Source: Sulfolobus acidocaldarius DSM 639 (lineage in GTDB: Archaea > Thermoproteota > Thermoprotei_A > Sulfolobales > Sulfolobaceae). From it: 32,000 nucleotides of DNA. Positions 11,144 through 19,869 of this stretch are shown here, one piece after another; position 1 is the stretch's first letter, and every line of letters begins with the position of its first letter. Under the pieces are notes generated by a model. It ran no database searches, was not told the origin of the DNA, and worked only from the letters and a program-made list of their open reading frames with translations. The DNA lies in NCBI RefSeq assembly GCF_000012285.1, contig NC_007181.1, positions 720,001-752,000 on the forward strand. Direction: 5' to 3'. The position numbers and the translations under genes are program-made.

Positions 11144-12148
11144 ATGAAAGCTATAGTGGTTCCTGCTCCCAAACAAAATTACTCATTGCAAGAGGTTAAA
11201 GATCCTAAACCAAACAGTGATGAAGTTGTTATAAGAGTAGTTAGAGCTGGATTATGCTACAGAGATCTGTTACAACTCCAGGGTTACTATCCCAGAATGA
11301 AATATCCGGTAGTTTTAGGACATGAGGTTGTAGGAGAAATAGAGGAAGTAGGGGATAACGTTAGTGGCTTTAAGATAGGAGATCGAGTGATTTCCCTACT
11401 TTATGCACCAGACGGAAGTTGTGAATATTGTAAAGTAGGCGAGGAGGCTTACTGCAAAAGAAGACTAGGCTATTCAGAGGAGCTAGATGGCTTTTTTGCT
11501 GAAAGAGCTAAAGTTAAGGTTACAAGTATTGTGAAAGTTCCACAATCTGTGAGTGATGATGCAGCGGTGATTGTTCCATGTGTCACTGGCATGATATATA
11601 GGGGTATAAGGAGAGCTGGAGGAATCAATAAGAATGAATACGCTCTAGTTACAGGAGCAAGCGGAGGTGTTGGTATTCACGCAATACAGGTCGCAAAAGC
11701 ATTAGGGGCAAGAACAATAGGTGTTACCACCTCTGAAGATAAAGCTAAAGTAATTAGAAAATATGCAGATCACGTTATAGTGGGAAGTAAGTTTTCAGAT
11801 GAGGCAAGAAAGATCGGAGATATAAGTTTAGTAATAGACACTGTTGGGACGCCTACTATTGAGGAGAGTCTTAGATCGCTGAGAATGGGAGGTAAACTTG
11901 TTCAAATTGGCAATGTAGATCCTTCTCAGATATATAGTTTAAGGTTAGGTTATTTGATTTTAAAGGATATTTTATTAGTAGGTCACGCATCAGCTACTAA
12001 ATACGATGCTGAACAGACCCTTAAACTCACTGAAGGAGGAAACATAAGTGCAGTTGTAGCAGGTCATGTAAACTTAGACAATATTGATGAAGGCTATAGG
12101 ATGATTAAAGATCGTAATAAGATAGGTAAAGTTCTGCTGAAACCATAA
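11144..12148 (+). CDS. zinc-binding alcohol dehydrogenase family NAD(P)H oxidoreductase, acryloyl-CoA-reductase-like
   Basis: GLCYRDL, GHEVVGEIEEVG, the structural Zn loop CEYCKVGEEAYC, and the Rossmann motif GASGGVGIH. Resembles the Sulfolobales acryloyl-CoA reductase of the 3HP/4HB cycle, but the specific activity is not provable from sequence alone. The MKAIVV start at 11144 is preferred over TTG 11135. Confidence 0.8.
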   Translation: MKAIVVPAPKQNYSLQEVKDPKPNSDEVVIRVVRAGLCYRDLLQLQGYYPRMKYPVVLGHEVVGEIEEVGDNVSGFKIGDRVISLLYAPDGSCEYCKVGEEAYCKRRLGYSEELDGFFAERAKVKVTSIVKVPQSVSDDAAVIVPCVTGMIYRGIRRAGGINKNEYALVTGASGGVGIHAIQVAKALGARTIGVTTSEDKAKVIRKYADHVIVGSKFSDEARKIGDISLVIDTVGTPTIEESLRSLRMGGKLVQIGNVDPSQIYSLRLGYLILKDILLVGHASATKYDAEQTLKLTEGGNISAVVAGHVNLDNIDEGYRMIKDRNKIGKVLLKP

Positions 12149-12173
12149 ATTCTGGAAGTTAATATTTTTCTAT

Positions 12174-12785
12174 GTGGAGATTAAGTTTAATGTATTAAAG
12201 ATACCCTCTGATTTACTACCTCATTCAGAAGACGAGATTGATCAATTTAATGAAATTGCTGGATATATTTATGAAAGCATATTACACTCACAAGCATCAA
12301 AAGTGAATTTAGATGAAAAGATAATTCCACTTTCTTCTTTCTTACAAAGCAAAATGGTAGAGGGGTTGCTGGAAAATATTTATCATTACATGCAAATGCT
12401 AAAAGGAGCTAAATATTTGTCTGGAGATATTTCTATATCAATTAGTGAAGCCATAACATACACTGCACTCCATACGATATATAGTGTTAAGTTACGTAAT
12501 ATAATTCCTTTCAGAACAGTAAAATATCTAGGGATAATAGCTGATGCTGTCGTTGACCTGTCTAGGGAGGAGAAATTGGCTAAAGAAGTTGGAAGTGATT
12601 CTGGACTTCTATTTATCAATATAAGATCATCAATGAATCCTAAGAGTTATCAAATCATAGATAAAATAAGAAAAAGTCTCATAAACATAGAAACTGTCAG
12701 ATATCCGGATAGCTTCGGGCTAATATCCATAGTTACGTTAGACAAGGGGGAATTAACTGATTCCTTTGTATTCATTATACCTTAA
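12174..12785 (+). CDS. hypothetical protein (203 aa, mostly helical)
   Basis: Uninterrupted ORF with normal local amino-acid composition. GTG start 25 nt after the reductase stop. No motif recognised. Confidence 0.55.
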   Translation: MEIKFNVLKIPSDLLPHSEDEIDQFNEIAGYIYESILHSQASKVNLDEKIIPLSSFLQSKMVEGLLENIYHYMQMLKGAKYLSGDISISISEAITYTALHTIYSVKLRNIIPFRTVKYLGIIADAVVDLSREEKLAKEVGSDSGLLFINIRSSMNPKSYQIIDKIRKSLINIETVRYPDSFGLISIVTLDKGELTDSFVFIIP

Positions 12786-12787
12786 AG

Positions 12788-13288
12788 GTGGTAATGATGG
12801 ACTGTAATAATATCTATAAAATACTAATTGACCTATGGGTTGGAGACTCAAAAGAAGCTGAAGATATGGCTAAGGAGTGCCTAAGTTCTCTAAGGGGCGA
12901 TGTTGATAAGATCAGGAAAAATATTAAAGAGATTAAGCAACAAGTCCAAGCTGATTTTCTTCTTCCTAAGGCTCTAAGAGACAAAGGTGTAAGTACTGAG
13001 GATATACTAAAAATATCAATGTATGAACTTGCAAGGAGAGCTGCTATATTCTCAGGTCCAAGTAAGGTGAAAAAGAACGAAATTCTGAAATATAGTCTCA
13101 TAAATATGGAGGAAAAACTAATTCTTAAGGGAACATGCGAAAGATGTAAGGGTTATAGATATGCTGAACTCACGAACGGATTTCTAGTAGTTATGGACGA
13201 TTTAATTTACGCTGAGTCACGATCTAAAGATGAGGACAGAATTGTAGGTGAGATAACTAAGATTCTATATAGCTTAAGGGAAAAATGA
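12788..13288 (+). CDS. hypothetical protein (about 165 aa)
   Basis: Starts 2-11 nt after the previous stop (GTG 12788, ATG 12794 or 12797) and is preceded by the SD-like AGGTGG. A charged helical N-terminal half and a C-terminal half containing CERCKGYRY. No family recognised. Confidence 0.55.
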   Translation: MVMMDCNNIYKILIDLWVGDSKEAEDMAKECLSSLRGDVDKIRKNIKEIKQQVQADFLLPKALRDKGVSTEDILKISMYELARRAAIFSGPSKVKKNEILKYSLINMEEKLILKGTCERCKGYRYAELTNGFLVVMDDLIYAESRSKDEDRIVGEITKILYSLREK

Positions 13289-13431
13289 TAAAAATTCAAA
13301 ATCCTCAAAAAATTTTGGTCACACGAAAAGATTTTACTTTGATGTGCCCTCATAACATTTTTTAGTATACATTCAATACTTTACGCTAAAATTGATTGTA
13401 TTAAAATAGTGACATACTATAGTGAAATCCT

Positions 13432-14148
13432 ATGAATGGGAGAGTGTATATAGTCGGTGCTGGTCCTGGAGACCCTGAGCTCATAACTATAAAGGCATTA
13501 AACATACTGAAAAGTGCAGACGTTGTGTTATATGATAGGCTAGTTCCTGAATCGATACTGACTGGTTTGAAGTGTGAGTTAATATATGTTGGTAAAGAAA
13601 TAGGAGACGCATACTTACAGGAAAAGATAAATCATCTCCTTGTCGAGAAAGCTAGAGAAGGTAAAACCGTGGTTAGGTTGAAGGGAGGAGATCCTACAAT
13701 TTTTGGTCGCGGAGAAGAGGAATGTATATATGTGGTGGAGAACGGGATAGAATGTGAAATAATTCCTGGAGTTACTAGTGCAATTGCAGTTCCAGAAACT
13801 GCAAAAATTCCAGTGACATCTAGATTAGCTTCGCCATCTGTGACCATTATAACCGCTACCAGATCTAATGGCGAGCTCATTACTTCTGATTATATTCCAA
13901 AAAAGGGAACTTTAGTTATATTGATGGGTATACATGTGATAGAGGAGCTATACGGAATACTGTTGTCGGTCAGAAATAAAGACGAACCTGTGGCAGTTAT
14001 TGAAAAGGGAACACTGAAAGATCAACGGGTCTTTTTAGGAAAACTGGAAGAGCTGATAAAGATTGTTAAGGAAAATGAAGTAAAAGCTCCCGCAATTATA
14101 GTTATAGGAGATGTGGTTTTGTTGAGAAATAAACTTCAAAAATGTTGA
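13432..14148 (+). CDS. cobA: uroporphyrinogen-III C-methyltransferase (SUMT)
   Basis: VYIVGAGPGDPELITIKA, VRLKGGDPTIFGRGEEE and IPGVTSA motifs. 238 aa. Confidence 0.88.
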   Translation: MNGRVYIVGAGPGDPELITIKALNILKSADVVLYDRLVPESILTGLKCELIYVGKEIGDAYLQEKINHLLVEKAREGKTVVRLKGGDPTIFGRGEEECIYVVENGIECEIIPGVTSAIAVPETAKIPVTSRLASPSVTIITATRSNGELITSDYIPKKGTLVILMGIHVIEELYGILLSVRNKDEPVAVIEKGTLKDQRVFLGKLEELIKIVKENEVKAPAIIVIGDVVLLRNKLQKC

Positions 14149-14163
14149 AATCGAGATTTAATT

Positions 14164-14307
14164 ATGCAAAATGATCCAGTGTGTGGGATGGAAGTTAATG
14201 AAGATACTAAATATAAATTAAGTTACAAGGGAAAGACGTACTATTTTTGTAGCCCCTTGTGTATGGCTGAATTTAAGAAAAGGCCAGAAAAATATATTCA
14301 GCATTAA
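14164..14307 (+). CDS. YHS/TRASH-domain small metal-binding protein (47 aa, not in the ORF track)
   Basis: Own translation: [53 protein letters not shown]...YYFCS..C..F is the YHS/TRASH cysteine pattern. Confidence 0.7.
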   Translation: MQNDPVCGMEVNEDTKYKLSYKGKTYYFCSPLCMAEFKKRPEKYIQH

Positions 14308-14351
14308 CAATTTCACGTAAAGTATTTAAGTCACTAAAGGTATTCAAATCT

Positions 14352-15194
14352 ATGTATCCGCCTAAAATAGGTTATGTAATTCCAGAAAATATTGACGAAA
14401 CGTTTGACTTTCTAGAGGATCATGAAGACGCTCGACCATTAGCAGGAGGTCATAGTCTCATACCGGCATTGAAATTAAGGATAATTCGTCCGTCCTATCT
14501 AGTGGAAATCCGACGTTTTAAGGAGCTAAATTATGTTAAATTTGAAGGTGGTAAGTACAGAATAGGCGCACTTACAACCCATTATGATATTTCTAAAGCT
14601 GGTGTTCCTTTACTTAGTCAGGCAGCAACTAAGATAGCAGATCCACAGGTAAGAAATATGGGAACAATAGGGGGAAGTATATCTCACCTTGACCCTGCAG
14701 CTGATTATCCAGCCTCATTAATTGCAGCAGATGCAGAGGTTAAAATTAAAAGTAAGAAGGGAGAGAGGACTGTGAGTTTTAAGGATTTTGCAAAAGATAT
14801 GTTTACACCAGATTTGAATCCTGGAGAATTGGTTGTAGAAGTACAGTTACCTGATCTAAGAAATTACAAGTATTCTTATGAGAAGTTAGAGAGAAGGGCT
14901 GGGGATTTTGCCATAGTTGGCGTAGCAGTTCTACTAAAGTTAAGTGGAGATGTTGTTGACGATGTTAGAATAGGTCTAACTGCTGTAAATAATGTAGCTG
15001 TAAGAGCTAAAGAAGCTGAAGAAGAGCTTATCGGTAAGAGGCTATCTCAAGAGTTAATTGAGAAAGCCTCTAGCAGGGCAGTGGAGCGTGCAAACCCGAG
15101 CTCTGACATAAGAGGCTCAGCTGAATATAAAAAAAAGATGGTTAAAGTTATGACAAAGAGAGCAATTATAAATGCAATAGGTGGTAAGATATGA
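14352..15194 (+). CDS. molybdenum hydroxylase FAD-binding medium subunit (CoxM/CutB type)
   Basis: LAGGHSL.PALKLR, the [12 protein letters not shown]-binding pattern, and the C-terminal [14 protein letters not shown]-dehydrogenase flavoprotein domain. Confidence 0.9.
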   Translation: MYPPKIGYVIPENIDETFDFLEDHEDARPLAGGHSLIPALKLRIIRPSYLVEIRRFKELNYVKFEGGKYRIGALTTHYDISKAGVPLLSQAATKIADPQVRNMGTIGGSISHLDPAADYPASLIAADAEVKIKSKKGERTVSFKDFAKDMFTPDLNPGELVVEVQLPDLRNYKYSYEKLERRAGDFAIVGVAVLLKLSGDVVDDVRIGLTAVNNVAVRAKEAEEELIGKRLSQELIEKASSRAVERANPSSDIRGSAEYKKKMVKVMTKRAIINAIGGKI

Positions 15195-15697
15195 TCATAG
15201 TTGATAAAGATCAGAAGGCTAAAATAACTTTAAGGATAAATGGAGAAACCCATGAAGTAGAGGTAGAACCAAGGAGATTACTAGTTCATGTTCTAAGAGA
15301 ATTGGGATATACCAGTGTTCATGTTGGATGTGATACGTCTAATTGTGGTGCCTGTACTGTAATAATGAATGGTAGATCGGTGAAATCATGTACAGTCCTT
15401 GGAATAGAAGCAAATGGAAGTGAAATAACTACAGTTGAAGGTCTAAGTAAAGACGGTAAGCTTCATCCAATACAAGAAGCCTTCTGGGAAAACCATGCTT
15501 TACAATGTGGTTATTGTACTCCTGGAATGATAATGGAATCTTACTGGTTACTTAAGGAGAAACCTAATCCTACAGAAGAAGAGATAAGGGAAGGTATATC
15601 TGGTAATTTATGCAGGTGTACAGGCTATCAGAACATCATAAAGGCAATTAAGGACGCTGCAGCAAGGTTAAATCAGCAGGCGTATCAACGTCTATAA
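15191..15697 (+). CDS. molybdenum hydroxylase [2Fe-2S] small subunit (CoxS/CutC type)
   Basis: [12 protein letters not shown] and [10 protein letters not shown]...CRCTGYQNI cluster motifs. The start overlaps the previous stop (ATGA). Confidence 0.93.
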   Translation: MIIVDKDQKAKITLRINGETHEVEVEPRRLLVHVLRELGYTSVHVGCDTSNCGACTVIMNGRSVKSCTVLGIEANGSEITTVEGLSKDGKLHPIQEAFWENHALQCGYCTPGMIMESYWLLKEKPNPTEEEIREGISGNLCRCTGYQNIIKAIKDAAARLNQQAYQRL

Positions 15698-16211
15698 GCA
15701 CTTCTCTTCCACACTCAACCTCGCATATATTCTCCTTTTTTAACTCTCCTAAAATCATGCGAGCTCCGACATCTCCATGTAAATTCATTATTTTCTCATA
15801 GAGCACCCTACTAAGTAGAACTGGATTCCCTCTAGATCCTTTATGAACAGGAATTACGGCATAACAGTTTTCCTTGAATTCAGATATTATTTTTTTAACA
15901 GTATTTTCCGTAATGAGTGGCATATCACCTAGTAGTACTAAGACTCCGTCGAAATTGGAAAAGAATCTCACACCGAGCCTAATTGATGACGATATCCCTT
16001 CTCTCCAATTAGGGTTATAAATTACAATTTCATCTAACAATACCTCCAGGAGTTCCCTGTAATATTTACCCACTATGACTACTCTATCGAGAAACTTTAC
16101 CGAGTTAATGGTCTTTAGTATTAATGGTGTATTATCAATTGTTGCTAATAATTTATTTCCTCCAAATCTCTTTCCCTCTCCTGCGGCTAGGATGATAGCA
16201 CCGATTTTCAT
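15648..16211 (-). CDS. MobA-like NTP transferase (molybdenum cofactor cytidylyl/guanylyl-transferase, MocA/MobA type)
   Basis: N-terminal [24 protein letters not shown], and C-terminal IDVDTPADL. Confidence 0.8.
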   Translation of the reverse strand: MKIGAIILAAGEGKRFGGNKLLATIDNTPLILKTINSVKFLDRVVIVGKYYRELLEVLLDEIVIYNPNWREGISSSIRLGVRFFSNFDGVLVLLGDMPLITENTVKKIISEFKENCYAVIPVHKGSRGNPVLLSRVLYEKIMNLHGDVGARMILGELKKENICEVECGREVLIDVDTPADLTLLQRP

Positions 16212-16239
16212 ATATACTAGTATTTAGTATATCATTCTT

Positions 16240-16674
16240 ATGAAGTTTGAAGGCGAACTTCAAGTTCCATTCTCATCAGATAAGCTATGGGGTTTTATTA
16301 CAGACGTAGAAAAAGTAGCATCTTGCTTTCCTGGTCTAAAAAGCATTACAAAGACCGGTGAAAACACGTATGCAGTGGTAGGGACAGCTGGCATAGGTTT
16401 TATTAAGGGTGAGTATAAGGCTAACGTACAACTATCGAATATAGATCAGAGTTCAAAAAGCCTGAATTTAGTTGCAAAAGGTACTGGACTTAATAGTAAC
16501 CTGGATATCACAGCATTAGTACAGCTTTTAGAATCTCCTGTAAGGCTAAAGTACTCTGCTGACGTAAAAGTTAGCGGAGTGCTAGCATCAATAGGAGCTA
16601 GGCTAATGGATTCAGCAGTAAATAAGCTACTTAACGACCTTTTCGAATGTATAAAACTGAAGGCAGCAAACTAA
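16240..16674 (+). CDS. coxG: CoxG / SRPBCC-family protein
   Basis: The pattern KLWGFITDVEKVASCFPGLKSI...GIGFIKGEYKANVQL matches CoxG-type carbon monoxide dehydrogenase subunit G. Confidence 0.8.
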   Translation: MKFEGELQVPFSSDKLWGFITDVEKVASCFPGLKSITKTGENTYAVVGTAGIGFIKGEYKANVQLSNIDQSSKSLNLVAKGTGLNSNLDITALVQLLESPVRLKYSADVKVSGVLASIGARLMDSAVNKLLNDLFECIKLKAAN

Positions 16675-16680
16675 GGATCT

Positions 16681-18261
16681 TCAATCAAGTAAATCAATTA
16701 CTATCCCAAGTCCTCTTGTTCTACCCTCTCTGAATACAAATATTTGATCTTTTTCTATATATTCTGGTCTATATAAGAAGGATAATGTGACTTCTGCAGC
16801 ATCACCGCTCCTCAAATATTTAGTAGAAATGTTTTCAAATCTAATCGCTTGTCGTATTGTATATAAATGTAGTGTCGCAACATAACCCTCTTTTATCGTT
16901 GTGGGATGGTGCAACACCATAACTTTAGCCTTAAACTTCCTTGAAGATCTGACTTTACTATTATGATTAGTGAGAACCATGCCTTTTCTAAGTATATCCT
17001 TATCCAGTCCCTGTATGGCGAATGTTGCTATGGTTCCAGAAGATACCTTGTCCACGAATATTTTGTTCACTTGAATACTCTTCACTTTAACTTCCTTAAA
17101 GTCTCCTAGCCTCGTCGGACCTATGTAGTAATTTCTATTCGTGGTAATCATTCCTCTTACAACAGATCCCAATACTACTGTACCTACTCCTGATACGTTA
17201 TATATTTCATCTATATATACAAGTGGCTCTTCATTTTCATCCCTCTTATCGATCTTTTTGGGTGGCAACATGTTTAAGAACTTCATAAGTAGGTCAAGTC
17301 CTTCTCCTGTTACATTAGAAACTTTAAAAATAGGTACTACTCTTTTAGTTTTCATTGCTAGTATAGAATTTAATAAATCTTCCTCATTCTCTACTTCTAT
17401 TACCAATCTATTTATTCCGGGTATCTTTAGGATGTTTCTGATATCATTCACTATTCCATTAGTCTTCTCTTTGCTATATTTATCGACCTTTGTGACTACT
17501 ATAAAAATGGGAAATTTCAAAATCGAAGCTACTGCCAGATGTTCTTTTCCCATTGCAGATAGTCCGTCATCAGCACCTACAACGAGCATAACATAATCGA
17601 CCTCATATCCTAAAAGTCCTTTCAGTGTAGTTCTCAAATATCTTTCATGTCCTCCTAGATCTATAAGCCTTATTATTTTGGAACTTTTGAGAGTTATCTC
17701 AGCCTCATCCAAAGGATCCCTCAAGGTCCAATTTATTATATTACCATTACTATCGAGACCTAACAGTCTTAGTGTTACTGAAGAAGTCCGCCCAGAGAGA
17801 ATTTCATGCATATGACGTGCTATTAAAGCTCTTAGGGTACCATTTCCATCATCCAGTTTCCCTAGGATTAGTGCACCTGTGAGTGTGCTCTTACCTGCAT
17901 TTACATGTCCCATTACAGCTATGTTAACTTGAACTGGCATTCTCTCTTTGAATATCCTAATTAACAGTTCCGCAATGAATTTCCTGCTTTTTACTTCAAC
18001 TATCCTTTTATGAACGATCTTAGCGTTTATTGTAGACGCTATTTTCTCTATTGTAGCTATACTTTTGTCTAACTGATCCCTTTCGATACCTATAATCTCT
18101 CCATTGTCTCCTACACCTATTATATAGAATGCTTCTCCTCCACCTTCCTCTAATCTATATTTCATTTGAGTTGCTAGACTCTGTAGTCTTGTTTCGTCAT
18201 CATTTAGTATTAACAGTTTGTATTCTATCTTTCCAGTTTCACTCTCCTTAGGATATTTCAT
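16681..18261 (-). CDS. GTPBP1-like translational-type GTPase (EF-1alpha paralogue)
   Basis: G1 GHVNAGKST, G3 DLGGHERY, G4 TKVD, followed by EF-Tu-like beta-barrel domains II and III. An N-terminal extension of about 100 aa, as in the GTPBP1 family. Confidence 0.85.
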   Translation of the reverse strand: MKYPKESETGKIEYKLLILNDDETRLQSLATQMKYRLEEGGGEAFYIIGVGDNGEIIGIERDQLDKSIATIEKIASTINAKIVHKRIVEVKSRKFIAELLIRIFKERMPVQVNIAVMGHVNAGKSTLTGALILGKLDDGNGTLRALIARHMHEILSGRTSSVTLRLLGLDSNGNIINWTLRDPLDEAEITLKSSKIIRLIDLGGHERYLRTTLKGLLGYEVDYVMLVVGADDGLSAMGKEHLAVASILKFPIFIVVTKVDKYSKEKTNGIVNDIRNILKIPGINRLVIEVENEEDLLNSILAMKTKRVVPIFKVSNVTGEGLDLLMKFLNMLPPKKIDKRDENEEPLVYIDEIYNVSGVGTVVLGSVVRGMITTNRNYYIGPTRLGDFKEVKVKSIQVNKIFVDKVSSGTIATFAIQGLDKDILRKGMVLTNHNSKVRSSRKFKAKVMVLHHPTTIKEGYVATLHLYTIRQAIRFENISTKYLRSGDAAEVTLSFLYRPEYIEKDQIFVFREGRTRGLGIVIDLLD

Positions 18262-18313
18262 TTCACCACTATTTCCAAATAATTATTTTTTCTTGGGCGT
18301 TATATTTTTACAT
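18262..18313. promoter_or_regulatory. 52-bp shared divergent promoter region (GTPase / ZPR1)
   Basis: The AT-rich box AAATAATTATTTTTT (about 18276-18290) lies roughly 25-35 nt from both start codons (18261 minus strand, GTG 18314 plus strand). Confidence 0.35.
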
Positions 18314-18814
18314 GTGACTTCAGATCTTAAACTATTATACGAAGGCAAGCACATATGCCCTGTATGTTCCAATAACTCAATGTGGATAAGACAATACTCA
18401 TATGAAGCTCCAAAGGCTGGAGTATTATTGCTCATGGTCTTTGAGTGCGAGAGTTGTGGATACAGAATTAGAGATGTAAAACCATTTGAGGAGGGTAAGC
18501 CTATTAAGATTATATTAAAGGTAGAAAATGAAGAAGATTTAAGGTCTATTCTATACCGTTCACCTTATGCAAATGTAATAATTCCGGAACTGGGAGTGGA
18601 GGCTCTATCTAAAGAAGCATATCAAGGCGTAATAACTACAGTTGAAGGATTACTTGAAATATTGCTTGACAATATGGGGGAATTATGTGAAAATAACGGT
18701 TGTCAAGATATTGAAAAGGCTAAAAAAGGTGAGCTTCCTTTCACTCTAATTATAGAAGATCAAAGTGGGCTAAGCTACGTGGAATCTAAAAAAGCTAGTG
18801 TCACTCAACTTTAA
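18314..18814 (+). CDS. ZPR1-type zinc-finger protein
   Basis: CPVC-x26-CESCGYR zinc ribbon, then RSPYANVIIPELGVEA and GVITTVEGLL, the conserved ZPR1 A-domain motifs. The in-frame GTG at 18314 is preferred. The ORF-track start at 18218 would overlap the divergent GTPase. Confidence 0.8.
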   Translation: MTSDLKLLYEGKHICPVCSNNSMWIRQYSYEAPKAGVLLLMVFECESCGYRIRDVKPFEEGKPIKIILKVENEEDLRSILYRSPYANVIIPELGVEALSKEAYQGVITTVEGLLEILLDNMGELCENNGCQDIEKAKKGELPFTLIIEDQSGLSYVESKKASVTQL

Positions 18815-19322
18815 TTTCAGTACCCTTCTCTTCCTTACCTTTAAGTTTCTTGAGTACTACTTGGAGTACGCCATTATTATATGAGGCTTTTGCACTTTTA
18901 TCATCAACTTCAGTGGGTAGATCTATTTCTTTATAGTATTTTCTATCTTCTCCGCTGGCTTGTATAATTAGTTTCTTTCCTCCTTCTATTATTTTTACCT
19001 TTATATTATTCTTGTCAACTCCTGGTAGCTCCGCTATAACTCTAACTTCTTCGCCTCTCTCTATAACATCAATTAATGGTTCCCTTTCTTCACTTATAAG
19101 TGGTTTTCCTTTATACGACTTCACATTTCCGAATTGCTCTATTATTGGTTTTCCATCAGGACCTACAGTTACTCTAAATCCGTAAATATAAGGTCCAAAT
19201 CTCTTTCCTCCTTCTTCAGGTCCATATCTTTCAAATTCCCTCTCAAATCTTTCAAATTCTTCCTCAATCTCTTTTATTAGTTCATCAAAAAGGTCAAATG
19301 GATCTCTATATCTTCTTGACAT
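18801..19322 (-). CDS. hsp20: small heat shock protein, Hsp20/alpha-crystallin family
   Basis: VRVIAELPGVDKNNIKVKI...ASYNNGVLQVVL alpha-crystallin domain. Confidence 0.9.
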   Translation of the reverse strand: MSRRYRDPFDLFDELIKEIEEEFERFEREFERYGPEEGGKRFGPYIYGFRVTVGPDGKPIIEQFGNVKSYKGKPLISEEREPLIDVIERGEEVRVIAELPGVDKNNIKVKIIEGGKKLIIQASGEDRKYYKEIDLPTEVDDKSAKASYNNGVLQVVLKKLKGKEEKGTEIKVE

Positions 19323-19364
19323 TCGTTGGTCACCGGTAAGATTTTTGCATTCAAAAATAAAAAA

Positions 19365-19790
19365 TCAACTATCCTTAACTTGAACCAATTCTATTAAAAC
19401 CCCAATTGTACTTTTAGGATGAATGAATGCAACCAAATGTCCTCTAGCACCTACCCTTGGTGTCTTATCTACTAGCTGAATACCTAGGATATTTAATTCG
19501 CTGAGAGACTGTTTTATGTCACTTACTTTTATGGCTAAATGATGAAGTCCTGGACCTCTGTTTTTTAAAAATTTAACAACTGTGTTAGTTTCATCATCAT
19601 GATTTATTGGTTCCATTAACTCTATGGTAGTCTCTCCGCTACTTCCAGCTAGAAAAACTACTTTTATACCCCTGTCTGGTAGTGTTTCTCTATGCACAAC
19701 TCTAAATCCAAGCTTATTTGTGTAGAGGTCTATTGAATTATCTAGATTTTCTACTGCTATACCGATATGGTCTATTGCATCTGTTATCAT
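19365..19790 (-). CDS. mce: methylmalonyl-CoA epimerase (VOC/glyoxalase fold)
   Basis: IDHIGIAVENLD, GPGLHHLAIKVSDI and HPKSTIGVLIELV. Divergent from the mutase gene. Confidence 0.85.
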   Translation of the reverse strand: MITDAIDHIGIAVENLDNSIDLYTNKLGFRVVHRETLPDRGIKVVFLAGSSGETTIELMEPINHDDETNTVVKFLKNRGPGLHHLAIKVSDIKQSLSELNILGIQLVDKTPRVGARGHLVAFIHPKSTIGVLIELVQVKDS

Positions 19791-19869
19791 TAAGTATATT
19801 TTTTCTATTTAGTTTATAAGTTTGATTAAAAAGAAAGGATTTTAAACTGTTTAAGCAAATATATATCAG
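19791..19869. promoter_or_regulatory. divergent promoter region with two TATA-like boxes (epimerase / mutase)
   Basis: GATTTTAAAC (19838-19847) is centred about 27 nt before ATG 19870. TTTATAAG (19813-19820; CTTATAAA on the minus strand) is centred about 26 nt before the start at 19790. Confidence 0.4.

Noticed and set aside
18218-18313. ORF-track N-terminal extension of the ZPR1 gene (start at 18218)
   Set aside because: It would overlap the divergent GTPase start by 44 nt and would translate the promoter spacer into a hydrophobic, non-conserved-looking peptide. The in-frame GTG at 18314, just before the CPVC zinc knuckle, fits better.
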